DNA of 64,000 bases from Chloroflexota bacterium (lineage in GTDB: Bacteria > Chloroflexota > Limnocylindria > Limnocylindrales > CSP1-4), in contig JBFMAT010000001.1 of NCBI GenBank assembly GCA_040755495.1, forward strand, positions 101,009 through 165,008, read 5' to 3'. Below, piece by piece: positions 52,873 to 60,878 of this stretch. The position numbers and the translations under genes are program-made. Below the pieces are notes generated by a model. The model had not been told where the DNA came from. It saw only the letters and a list, made by a program, of their open reading frames with translations, and did not search any database. How positions within the stretch are numbered: position 1 is the stretch's first letter; each line of letters starts with the position of its first letter.

Positions 52873-52950
52873 CCCGCGCGCCCCGCGCCCGGAGGTCCGG
52901 CGCGCCCCGCGCCCGGAGTCGGGCGCGCTTCGCTCGCGTGAACCCGCCCT

Positions 52951-53028
52951 GATCCCAAGTAGGAGTATCCGGACGCTGATGCGAGGCCCAGGCGGCGCCC
53001 GAGCGCTCTCGCATACCTACCTGGGATC
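52951..53028. other. 78-nt composite hairpin in a locally AT-richer segment (candidate ncRNA or regulatory structure)
   Basis: The outer stem GATCCCAAGTAGG (52951-52963) pairs with CCTACCTGGGATC (53016-53028) at 12 of 13 positions. The inner stem ATGCGAG (52979-85) pairs with CTCGCAT (53008-14). Confidence 0.35.
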
Positions 53029-53380
53029 CGCGGCGCGATACGGAGCCGATTCGGGGGCCATAGCCGCCACGGTCCGCGGCAACCGGGGGCGGCCATACCT
53101 TCTTGGGCTGGGCCACGGTCCTGGGGCCGGCGAGCGCCCTTGGTTGGGTGACCGCGTTCGCGGGGTGCCACTCGCGAGGTCATGCCCGGGACCAGACGCG
53201 CAGTAACGACGAGACGGGCCGAGAACGATCGAACCGGCCGGGAACGGAGCCGACAAGCCGGCAACGCCCGGATGGGCCCGGAACGAGCGCGCGGGTTCGG
53301 GGCCGGGGTCGCCGCACGGCGCAGGAATCTCGGCCCGGGAATCGAAGAAGCCCCCGCCACCTGGGCGAGGGCAACGTTCG

Positions 53381-53413
53381 GGTGGGTGCCGGGCGTCCCC
53401 TCCGGCACCCACC
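53381..53413. other. Perfect 12-bp stem hairpin
   Basis: GGTGGGTGCCGG (53381-53392), a 9-nt loop GCGTCCCCT, then CCGGCACCCACC (53402-53413). There is no U-tract on either strand. Confidence 0.4.
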
Positions 53414-53628
53414 TCACACGCAGTCTCCTTGACGGCAACCGCTCCCCGTGAGTGCCGATCGGACTCCGTTCACGGGACCTGCGGCACCCGACGGTGGGCG
53501 TCCCGGCCGGGGACCGCACGCCGCATCGACCGGCAAGCTTGGCATGCGCGGAGGTGGCCCCTGCCGCGTTCGCCTGCTGGCCTCCGGACCGGCGCGAGCG
53601 CCCGCGAGGCCCTCCCACGAGGACCGCC

Positions 53629-54969
53629 ATGCGCACCGAACGCGTGCTCATCATGGGCGCCGCTGGCCGTGACTTCCATGACTTCAACGTCGTCTACCGC
53701 GACGACCCGTCGGTCGAGGTCGTCGCCTTCACGGCCACCCAGATCCCCGGCATCGCCGACCGCCGCTATCCGAGCGAGCTGGCGGGCGATCGCTACCCGG
53801 CCGGGATCCCGATCCGCCCCGAGGCGGAGCTCGAGACGCTGATCCGGGACCTCGAGGTGGACACGGTCGTGTTCGCCTACAGCGACGTCAGCCACGAACA
53901 GGTGATGCACGCCGCCTCGCGCGTCCTCGCCGCCGGCGCGGACTTCGAGCTCCTGGGGCCCAACCGGACGCTGCTCGACAGCTCGCGACCCGTCGTGGCC
54001 GTCTGCGCGGTCCGCACGGGCTCGGGGAAGAGCCAGACCAGCCGCTACGTCGCCCAGGCGCTCGAGGCACAGGGCCTCAAGGTGGCGGTCGTCCGGCACC
54101 CGATGCCCTACGGCGACCTCGTCGCCCAGCGCGTCCAGCGCTACGAGACGTACGCGGACCTCGACCGCCACGACACCACGATCGAGGAGCGCGAGGAGTA
54201 CGAGCCGCACCTCGACGCCGGGCGGCTCGTGTTCGCGGGCGTGGACTACGAGCAGATCCTGCGGGCCGCCGAGGCCGAGGCGGACGTGGTCATCTGGGAC
54301 GGCGGCAACAACGACCTGCCGTTCTACCGCCCGGACCTCCACATCGTGGTGGCCGACCCGCTCCGCCCCGGCCACGAGCTGCGCTACCACCCGGGCGAGG
54401 CCAACCTGCGCCAGGCGGACGTGGTCGTGATCAACAAGGTGGACTCGGCGACGCCCGAGGCCCTGGCCACGGTCCGCGCCGCGATCACCGAGGTCAACGC
54501 GGACGCCGTGATCGTCGAGGCGCGGTCCTCGCTGGCCCTCGAGGGTGGCGAGATCCGGGGCCGGACGGTGGCGGTCGTCGAGGACGGCCCGACGCTGACC
54601 CACGGCGGCATGACGTACGGGGCGGGGGTGGTCGCGGCGAAGCGGTTCGGCGCCGCCGAGATCGTGGATCCCCGGCCCTACGCGGCCGGCGAGCTCGCCG
54701 ACACGCTGGCGAAGTACCCGCTGCTCGACCGGCTGCTGCCGGCGATGGGCTACGGCGACAAGCAGATCCACGAGCTGGAGGCCGCCCTCACGGCGATCCC
54801 CGCCGACGTGGTCCTGTCGGCGACGCCCATCGACCTCACGCGCGTGCTCTCGGTGCCCAAGCCGGTGGTCCGCGTGCGCTACGAGCTGGAGCCGCTGTCC
54901 GCTGCCTTGGACGAGGCCCTGGCCCCGGTCGTCGTCCGCGCGAAGGAGGCGCTCGCGGGGGCCCACTGA
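53629..54969 (+). CDS. Cyclic 2,3-diphosphoglycerate synthetase-like P-loop protein (COG2403-type predicted GTPase)
   Basis: ORF 53452..54969 trimmed to the ATG at 53629, with GAGGA upstream. Contains VLIMGAAGRDFHDFNVVYRDDP...FTATQIP and the P-loop VRTGSGKSQTS. The family assignment is from memory. Confidence 0.65.
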   Translation: MRTERVLIMGAAGRDFHDFNVVYRDDPSVEVVAFTATQIPGIADRRYPSELAGDRYPAGIPIRPEAELETLIRDLEVDTVVFAYSDVSHEQVMHAASRVLAAGADFELLGPNRTLLDSSRPVVAVCAVRTGSGKSQTSRYVAQALEAQGLKVAVVRHPMPYGDLVAQRVQRYETYADLDRHDTTIEEREEYEPHLDAGRLVFAGVDYEQILRAAEAEADVVIWDGGNNDLPFYRPDLHIVVADPLRPGHELRYHPGEANLRQADVVVINKVDSATPEALATVRAAITEVNADAVIVEARSSLALEGGEIRGRTVAVVEDGPTLTHGGMTYGAGVVAAKRFGAAEIVDPRPYAAGELADTLAKYPLLDRLLPAMGYGDKQIHELEAALTAIPADVVLSATPIDLTRVLSVPKPVVRVRYELEPLSAALDEALAPVVVRAKEALAGAH

Positions 54970-55062
54970 GACCCCTCCGGACGGGCCGGCATCGCGCGCG
55001 TCGGCCCGCCCGGCCCGTCGCGGGCAGCCACATCGCGCCACGCGGCGCGCAGGCGGGAGTTG

Positions 55063-56394
55063 ATGGAATCGATCGTCGAACGGGCGCTGCTCACCACCTT
55101 CCGGTGGCAGGCGCGACACGTGATGCGCATCGGCGAGCTGGACCTCGCGGGCACGCCCGCGCCGCCCAGCCGCCCGACCTCGCTGTACGCGCACGTACCG
55201 TTCTGCGAGGTGCTGTGCCCGTTCTGCACCTTCCACCGGGTGCCGTTCCGCGAGGAGCGGTCGCGGCGCTACTTCGCCGCGCTGCGAGACGAGCTGCGGC
55301 TGTACCACCGGGCCGGCTTCTCGTTCACCAGCCTGTACGTGGGTGGCGGGACGCCGACCTGCGCCGTCGAGGAGCTGATCGAAACCCTGGCGCTGGCGCG
55401 CGAGCTGTTCGGCGTCACGGAGATCTCGGTCGAGACGAACCCGATGGACCTCCGGCCCGCGGTCGTCGACCGGCTGGCCGCGGCCGGCGTGAGCCGCCTG
55501 TCGGTGGGCGTGCAGAGCTTCGACGATCGCCTGCTCAAGTCGATGGAGCGCTACGACAAGTACGGCTCGAGCGCCCAGATCATCGAGCGGCTGGACGCCG
55601 CGGCGGGCGCCTTCGCCACGCTCAACGTGGACCTCATGTACAACCTGCCGAACCAGGACGAGGCGTCGATCGACCACGACATCGACGTGCTGCTCGGCCT
55701 CCGCTCGAACCAGGTCTCCCTGTACCCGCTGATGACCGCGCGCACGGCCGAGGCGAGGATCCGCGCCACGATGGGCGCCGCGGGGCCGGGCCGGGTGCGC
55801 GAGTACTACCGGCGATTCCTGGCGCGGCTGCGCCCCGCGTTCGAGCCGCAGTCCTGCTGGTGCTTCTCGCGGACGGCATCGACCATCGACGAGTACGTCG
55901 TGGACGCGGACAACTACGTCGGCGTGGGCAGCGGCGCGTTCAGCTACCTCGACGGCGTGCTGTACGCGACCACCTTCTCGCTCAACCACTACGAGGACCG
56001 CGTCGGGCGCGGGCTGACCGGGATCACCGGGATGCGCGCCTACTCGATCGGCGATCAGGTCAAGAACTCGTTCCTCAACCGGCTGTTCGGGCTGGAGCTG
56101 TCGAAGGCGTGGGTCGCGGAGCGCTGGGGCGGCGAGTTCGAGGCGCGGCTGTGGTACGCGCTGGACGCGATGAAGGCCGTGGGCGCGCTCACCGAGGACG
56201 ACGTGGCCTGGCGGCTCACCGACCGTGGCATGTACTACTGGGTGCTGATGATGTCCGAGTTCTTCGAGTCCGTGAACCGCTTCCGCGAGACGATGCGGGC
56301 GCGGATCCGGGCCGAGCTCGAGGAGCCGGAGCTGGGTCACGGCGGCCCGCTGTCGCCGGTGGTGGGCGGCGCGGCGCTGGCGCCGAGATCCTGA
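55063..56394 (+). CDS. Radical SAM protein, HemN/coproporphyrinogen-III-oxidase-like family
   Basis: ORF 55060..56394, with ATG at 55063 and GGGAG upstream. Contains LYAHVPFCEVLCPFCTF (CxxxCxxC), ...YVGGGTP..., ...RLSVGVQSF.... Confidence 0.8.
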   Translation: MESIVERALLTTFRWQARHVMRIGELDLAGTPAPPSRPTSLYAHVPFCEVLCPFCTFHRVPFREERSRRYFAALRDELRLYHRAGFSFTSLYVGGGTPTCAVEELIETLALARELFGVTEISVETNPMDLRPAVVDRLAAAGVSRLSVGVQSFDDRLLKSMERYDKYGSSAQIIERLDAAAGAFATLNVDLMYNLPNQDEASIDHDIDVLLGLRSNQVSLYPLMTARTAEARIRATMGAAGPGRVREYYRRFLARLRPAFEPQSCWCFSRTASTIDEYVVDADNYVGVGSGAFSYLDGVLYATTFSLNHYEDRVGRGLTGITGMRAYSIGDQVKNSFLNRLFGLELSKAWVAERWGGEFEARLWYALDAMKAVGALTEDDVAWRLTDRGMYYWVLMMSEFFESVNRFRETMRARIRAELEEPELGHGGPLSPVVGGAALAPRS

Positions 56395-56621
56395 GGCGGG
56401 TCCTGTCCGTCGCCGACTGTGAGTCACCACCGACCCGCAATCCCGGCGTCGAGGGCGTCGAAGCCGACCGCCGTTTCGCGATCTCATGGACGGTGAGTCC
56501 ACGAACGGCTCCGGGTAGGGCGTGGCCGCGGAGGCGACCGCGGGTCAGTCGCGGGGGACCGCCGGGTCGCACTCGGGCCGGCGCGACCGTGGGTCAGCCG
56601 CGGCCGCAGGCACCCGCCCGG

Positions 56622-57647
56622 TCAGCCGCGGGACGCCACCGGGTCGACGACCAGCACCGCGGTCCCGGCCACCTGCCCGGCGGCCAGCCTGGCGAGGGCC
56701 GTGTTCGCCGCTGCCAGGGGGTGCGTCTCGACGTCCGTGGTGATCCCGGTCCGGGCCGCCAGCGTCAGGAACTCGCGGGCGTCGTCGCGGGTGACGTTGG
56801 CGACGCTGCGGATCGAGCGCTCCCACCACAGGTCCTCGTAGGGCAGCTCCGGCACCCGGTCCAGGTGGATGGCGTTGATCGCCACGACCCCGCCCCGGTC
56901 CAGCGCCCGGAGCGCGGCCGCCACCACGGAGCCCACCGGCGCGAACGTCACGGCGGCGTCCAGGGCCACCGGCGGGCGCTCGTCCAGCCCGCCGGCCCAC
57001 GCGGCGCCGAGCTCGATGGCGCGGGCCCGCTCGGACGCCGCGCGGGTGGCTACGTACGCGTCCACGCCCCACGCCCGGGCGACCTGCAGCGCCAGGCGCG
57101 CGGAGGCCCCGAACCCGTACAGCCCCAGCCTCGCCCCCGCCGATGCCGGCCCGATGCCGGCCACCCGCAGCGCGCGGTACCCGATGACGCCCCCGCACAG
57201 CAGCGGCGCGGCGGCGAGGTCCGGGAAGGCGGCGGGCAAGGGCACGGCGTAGGCCGCCCGCACGATGATTGCCTCCGCATAGCCGCCGTCGCGGTCCCAG
57301 CCGGTGAACGTGGCAGCCTCGCACAGGTTCTCGCGGCCCGAGACGCAGAACCGGCACGTTGCGTCGGTGCCGGCGAGCCACGTGACGCCGGCCCGGTCCC
57401 CGGCCGACCAGCCCGCGACGTCGGGCCCCAGCGTGTCCACCACGCCGACGACCTGGTGCCCGGGCACGATCGGCAGCCGGCGCGCGGGGAGGTCCCCCTC
57501 GCAGATCTGGAGGTCGGTCCGGCACACCCCGCAGGCCGTGACGCGCAGCCGCAGCTCGCCCGGCCCGGGCTCCGGGACGACACGCTCCGTCGCCGCCAGC
57601 GGCGACGACGAGGCGGGCCCGGTAGCCAGGAGGACCATCGCGCGCAT
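56622..57647 (-). CDS. Zinc-dependent alcohol dehydrogenase family protein
   Basis: Last 341 codons of artefactual ORF 56622..58667, with ATG at 57647. Contains ACGVCRTDLQ, PGHQVVGVV, CRFCVSGRENLC and GLYGFGASA. Confidence 0.85.
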   Translation of the reverse strand: MRAMVLLATGPASSSPLAATERVVPEPGPGELRLRVTACGVCRTDLQICEGDLPARRLPIVPGHQVVGVVDTLGPDVAGWSAGDRAGVTWLAGTDATCRFCVSGRENLCEAATFTGWDRDGGYAEAIIVRAAYAVPLPAAFPDLAAAPLLCGGVIGYRALRVAGIGPASAGARLGLYGFGASARLALQVARAWGVDAYVATRAASERARAIELGAAWAGGLDERPPVALDAAVTFAPVGSVVAAALRALDRGGVVAINAIHLDRVPELPYEDLWWERSIRSVANVTRDDAREFLTLAARTGITTDVETHPLAAANTALARLAAGQVAGTAVLVVDPVASRG

Positions 57648-57779
57648 GGTCCCAAGCGTATCGCCGGGATCGGGACCGGTCACGGAACGGGCGGACGGTC
57701 TGGCGCGCGGTTCGGGACGAACGGCAGGCGCAGCAGCGGCGGATCGGACCGACGATGACGGTGTCCGAAGGAGAGCGCC

Positions 57780-58139
57780 ATGCACGGAACGACACGCACC
57801 CGTCCCACGATCCACCCGGCCGGTGCCGGCGTCAATGCGGTGGTCTGGATCGAGCCCGGGCGGGCGATCGTCGTCCGCGGCACGGCCACGGGCGAGCCCG
57901 CATCCCTCGAGCTGCCGATCCCGCACGTCCCCACGGAGACCGCGCCCGCGCTCGCGGAGGTCGCCCACCGGATCGGCGACGTGGATCGCGTGCTCGTCCT
58001 GGGAACCGACGACCTGCGGACGGCGCTCGAGCGCGAGATCGTGGCCATCGGCCACCACCCCGAGTCGATCCGCGAGGAGCCGAACCCGGGGCCCTTCGAC
58101 GAGGCGGACCTCGTCGCCCGGCTCCGCCGCCTCGCCTGA
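57780..58139 (+). CDS. Hypothetical protein (119 aa)
   Basis: ORF 57780..58139. A strong AAGGAG lies 6 nt upstream of the ATG. Composition is balanced (VVWIEPGRAIVVRG...VLVLGTDDLRTALEREIVAIGHHPESI). I do not recognise a family. Confidence 0.45.
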   Translation: MHGTTRTRPTIHPAGAGVNAVVWIEPGRAIVVRGTATGEPASLELPIPHVPTETAPALAEVAHRIGDVDRVLVLGTDDLRTALEREIVAIGHHPESIREEPNPGPFDEADLVARLRRLA

Positions 58140-58344
58140 AGGCACGAGCCGTGTGCCCGCGCCGCAGGCCGTCGTCCCCGCCCGGGCGTGCCGTCCGGCA
58201 GGGCGCTCCGGCCGACCGGCCCGGTGGCCCCGCGACCGACGGCACTCCCGCAGCCGAGCACGCCGGGCGGAGCATGACGCCGCGGGCCCGGAGCGCGCGA
58301 CCCGTTCGTGCGTGCCGGCCCGGACCACGTGAGGTCGCCGCCCG

Positions 58345-58860
58345 ATGACGCTCCCGACATCCCCCGCTCCCACCGCGGATCCGATCGCGGCACTCAGCGC
58401 CTCCTGGTTCGGGGCAGGGCTGTCCCCAGAAGCGGTGGCCCGGCTTGCCGGGATCGCCGAGCTGCGGGACGTGGCCGCCGGCACGGAGCTCACCAAGGAG
58501 GGCCACATCACCGACGCGTTCTCGGTGGTGCTCACCGGGCGCGTGGCGCTCCGGATGCTGGTCCCCGAGCGGGGCATGGTCACGATCCTGACCGTCGAGC
58601 CCGGCGACGTCATCGGCTGGTCCGCGATCGTGCCGCCGCACCGCGGCACCGCCAACGCCGTCGCCATCGAGCCCGTGCGCGTCCTCGAGCTCCAGGGCGA
58701 GCGGCTGCGGGCGCTGCTGCGCTCGGACCATGCTTTGGCCGCCTCCGTCTATCCACGCCTGCTGCAGGCCGTCGCGCGCCGGCTCGCCGCCACGCGCCTC
58801 CAGCTGCTCGACCTGTTCGCCCGCGAGGAGTGGGGCCGCCACGAGGTCCAGCCGTGGTGA
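58345..58860 (+). CDS. Stand-alone cyclic-nucleotide-binding-fold protein (no HTH)
   Basis: ORF 58345..58860. The beta-roll pattern ...AGTELTKEGHITDAFSVVLTGRVALRMLVPERGMVTILTVEPGDVIGWSAIV...RGTANAVAIEPVRVLEL... is followed by one C-helix only. Its stop overlaps the next gene's start (GTGA). Confidence 0.7.
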   Translation: MTLPTSPAPTADPIAALSASWFGAGLSPEAVARLAGIAELRDVAAGTELTKEGHITDAFSVVLTGRVALRMLVPERGMVTILTVEPGDVIGWSAIVPPHRGTANAVAIEPVRVLELQGERLRALLRSDHALAASVYPRLLQAVARRLAATRLQLLDLFAREEWGRHEVQPW

Positions 58861-60878
58861 GCGACGACCGCTCGCCGTTCCCGTCCTGGCCCGCGGCCGC
58901 GCCGGCCGCGCCGGTGCCGGCCCTGCCCGCCGCCGGACCCTGGTTCCTCGCCCGCCCGAACCTCGGCGTGCTCATCGACCTGCTCCGATCCGACGGCCGC
59001 ACCGTCATCGGCCCGACCGTCGAGGACGGCACGATCGTGTTCGCGGAGATCGCGTCGGCCGACGACCTGCCGGCCGGCGTTGGTGACGTCCAGGCGCCCG
59101 GCAGCTACCGGCTGGTGACGCACGCCAACCGGCGCGTGTTCGACTACACGGTGGGGCCGCAGGGCCCCAAGCGCTGGCTGTTCCCGCCCCGGGCACCGCT
59201 GAGCGTGGGCCACCGCGACGGCGGTGCGGTCACGTTCGAGCCGGCCGCCACCGAGCCCTCGCGGCTCGCGCTGATCGGCGTGCGCGCCTGCGAGCTGGCC
59301 GCGATGGGCGTCCAGGACCGCGTGTTCCTGGGCGGGCCGTTCACGGACGAGGACTACCGGGCGCGGCGGGGGAACGTCCTGGTCGTCGCGGTCAACTGCA
59401 CCACCGCCTCGTCGACCTGCTTCTGCACCTCGATGGGCACCGGCCCCGAGGCGCGTGGCGGCTACGACCTGGTGATGACCGAGGTGGACGACGGGTTCGT
59501 CGTCCGGGCCGGGTCTCCCGAGGGCGCCGACCTCATCGCCCGGCTGCCGGTCCGCGCGGCCGACGCCGGCCTGGTCGTCGAGGCATCGGACGCGGTGGCC
59601 CGCGTCGCCGCCGCGATGGGCGACCCGGTGCCCACGGCCGGCCTCCACGACCGCCTGCTCGCGCAGTGGGACAGCCCGCACTGGGTGGAGATCGCCGACC
59701 GCTGCCTCGCCTGCGCCAACTGCACGCTCGTGTGCCCGACCTGCTTCTGCTCCAGCGTCGTCCAGCGCTCCGACCTCGACGGCAAGGTGTCGGCGTCGGA
59801 TCGGGTCTGGGACTCCTGCTTCACGGTCGGGTTCGCCAAGGTCGCCGGCGGCAACTTCCGGACGCGCTACCGCGACCGCTACCGGCAGTGGCTGACCCAC
59901 AAGTTCGCGACCTGGATCGACCAGTTCGGCACGTTCGGGTGCGTCGGGTGCGGGCGGTGCATCGCCTGGTGCCCGGTGGGCATCGACGTCCGCGCGGAGC
60001 TGATGGCCATCGCGCCGCCGCTGGCGACGCGCGCCGAGGCCACGCCGGTGCTGCCGGTCGCCGCGACCCCCGGCGACTACGTCACCGGGCGGGTCATCGC
60101 CAAGCGCCCCGAGACGGCCGACGTCACCACGCTCGTGCTGGGCGACCTCGACCCCGCGTTCCTCGCCGGCCGCCCGGGCCAGTTCGCGATGGTCACGCTG
60201 CCCGCCTTCCCGCCGCTGCCGATCTCGATCTCGCGCTTCGGCCGGGACACGATCGAGCTCACGATCCGGGCCGCCGGCCCGGCGACCGCGGCGCTCATCG
60301 GCCTCTCGACGGGCGACCAGATCGGCCTCCGCGGCCCGCTGGGCACGTCCTGGCCGGTGGACCGCGCGGTGGGCCACGATGTCGTCGTCGTCACCGGCGG
60401 CATCGGCCTCGCCCCGCTGCGGCCGCTGCTCGACGCGCTGATCGCCCAGCGCAACCGGTTCGGGACGATCCACCTGTACTACGGTGCGCGGACGCCCGCC
60501 GACCAGCTGTACCGCGAGGAGCTGCGCGGGCTCGCGGCCCGCGGCGACATCGACGTCCAGCTGATCGTCGACCGGGCCGGCGAGGAGTGGACCGGACCCG
60601 TGGGCGTGGTCACCCACCTGATCGACCGCGCGACCTGGGACGGCTCGCGGAGCTTCGGCTTCGTGTGCGGCCCGGAGCGGATGATGGAGGCCACGGCCGA
60701 GGCCCTCGAGGCGCGCGACCTGTCCGCGGAGCGGATCTTCGTCACCCTCGAGCGCCACATGGAGTGCGGCATCGGGCTGTGCGGCCACTGCCAGGTCGGC
60801 CGCCTGTTCGTGTGCCGCGACGGGCCGGTGTTCTCGCTGCCACAGCTCGGGGACCTGCTCGGCCGGGAGGGCATCTGA
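58857..60878 (+). CDS. Group 3b [NiFe]-hydrogenase fused beta (AsrA-like 4Fe-4S) and gamma (AsrB-like FAD/NAD(P), 2Fe-2S) subunit
   Basis: Last 673 codons of artefactual ORF 58308..60878, with GTG at 58857. Beta part: CLACANCTLVCPTCFC, CVGCGRCIAWCP. Gamma part: RPGQFAMV, VVVTGGIGLAPL, CGIGLCGHCQVG. Confidence 0.8.
   Translation: MSDDRSPFPSWPAAAPAAPVPALPAAGPWFLARPNLGVLIDLLRSDGRTVIGPTVEDGTIVFAEIASADDLPAGVGDVQAPGSYRLVTHANRRVFDYTVGPQGPKRWLFPPRAPLSVGHRDGGAVTFEPAATEPSRLALIGVRACELAAMGVQDRVFLGGPFTDEDYRARRGNVLVVAVNCTTASSTCFCTSMGTGPEARGGYDLVMTEVDDGFVVRAGSPEGADLIARLPVRAADAGLVVEASDAVARVAAAMGDPVPTAGLHDRLLAQWDSPHWVEIADRCLACANCTLVCPTCFCSSVVQRSDLDGKVSASDRVWDSCFTVGFAKVAGGNFRTRYRDRYRQWLTHKFATWIDQFGTFGCVGCGRCIAWCPVGIDVRAELMAIAPPLATRAEATPVLPVAATPGDYVTGRVIAKRPETADVTTLVLGDLDPAFLAGRPGQFAMVTLPAFPPLPISISRFGRDTIELTIRAAGPATAALIGLSTGDQIGLRGPLGTSWPVDRAVGHDVVVVTGGIGLAPLRPLLDALIAQRNRFGTIHLYYGARTPADQLYREELRGLAARGDIDVQLIVDRAGEEWTGPVGVVTHLIDRATWDGSRSFGFVCGPERMMEATAEALEARDLSAERIFVTLERHMECGIGLCGHCQVGRLFVCRDGPVFSLPQLGDLLGREGI

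Noticed and set aside
52979-53206. A 75-aa ORF with AGGAG upstream, considered as a RiPP-precursor or small-protein candidate near the radical SAM gene.
   Set aside because: The SD spacing is long at 13 nt. GC3 is only about 72% by my count, against near-saturated GC3 in real genes. The sequence is Gly/Arg-rich and lacks features of a precursor peptide. It also overlaps the 78-nt hairpin.
52784-53628. Known housekeeping ncRNAs (RNase P RNA, tmRNA, SRP RNA, 6S RNA) in the large gene-free region.
   Set aside because: I could not find the GAAAGTCCGGGC / ACAGAACCCGGCTTA RNase P cores, a tRNA-like acceptor/T-arm with tag ORF for tmRNA, or the SRP domain IV motif. 6S cannot be judged by eye. The region is kept as an unassigned candidate only.
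57648-57677. GGTCCC-N18-GGGACC upstream of the hypothetical gene and hydrogenase operon, considered as a DosR box.
   Set aside because: The mycobacterial DosR consensus is GGGAC-N6-GTCCC. Here the half-sites are in the opposite order with 18-nt spacing. I found no canonical box upstream of the USP or hyh genes either.
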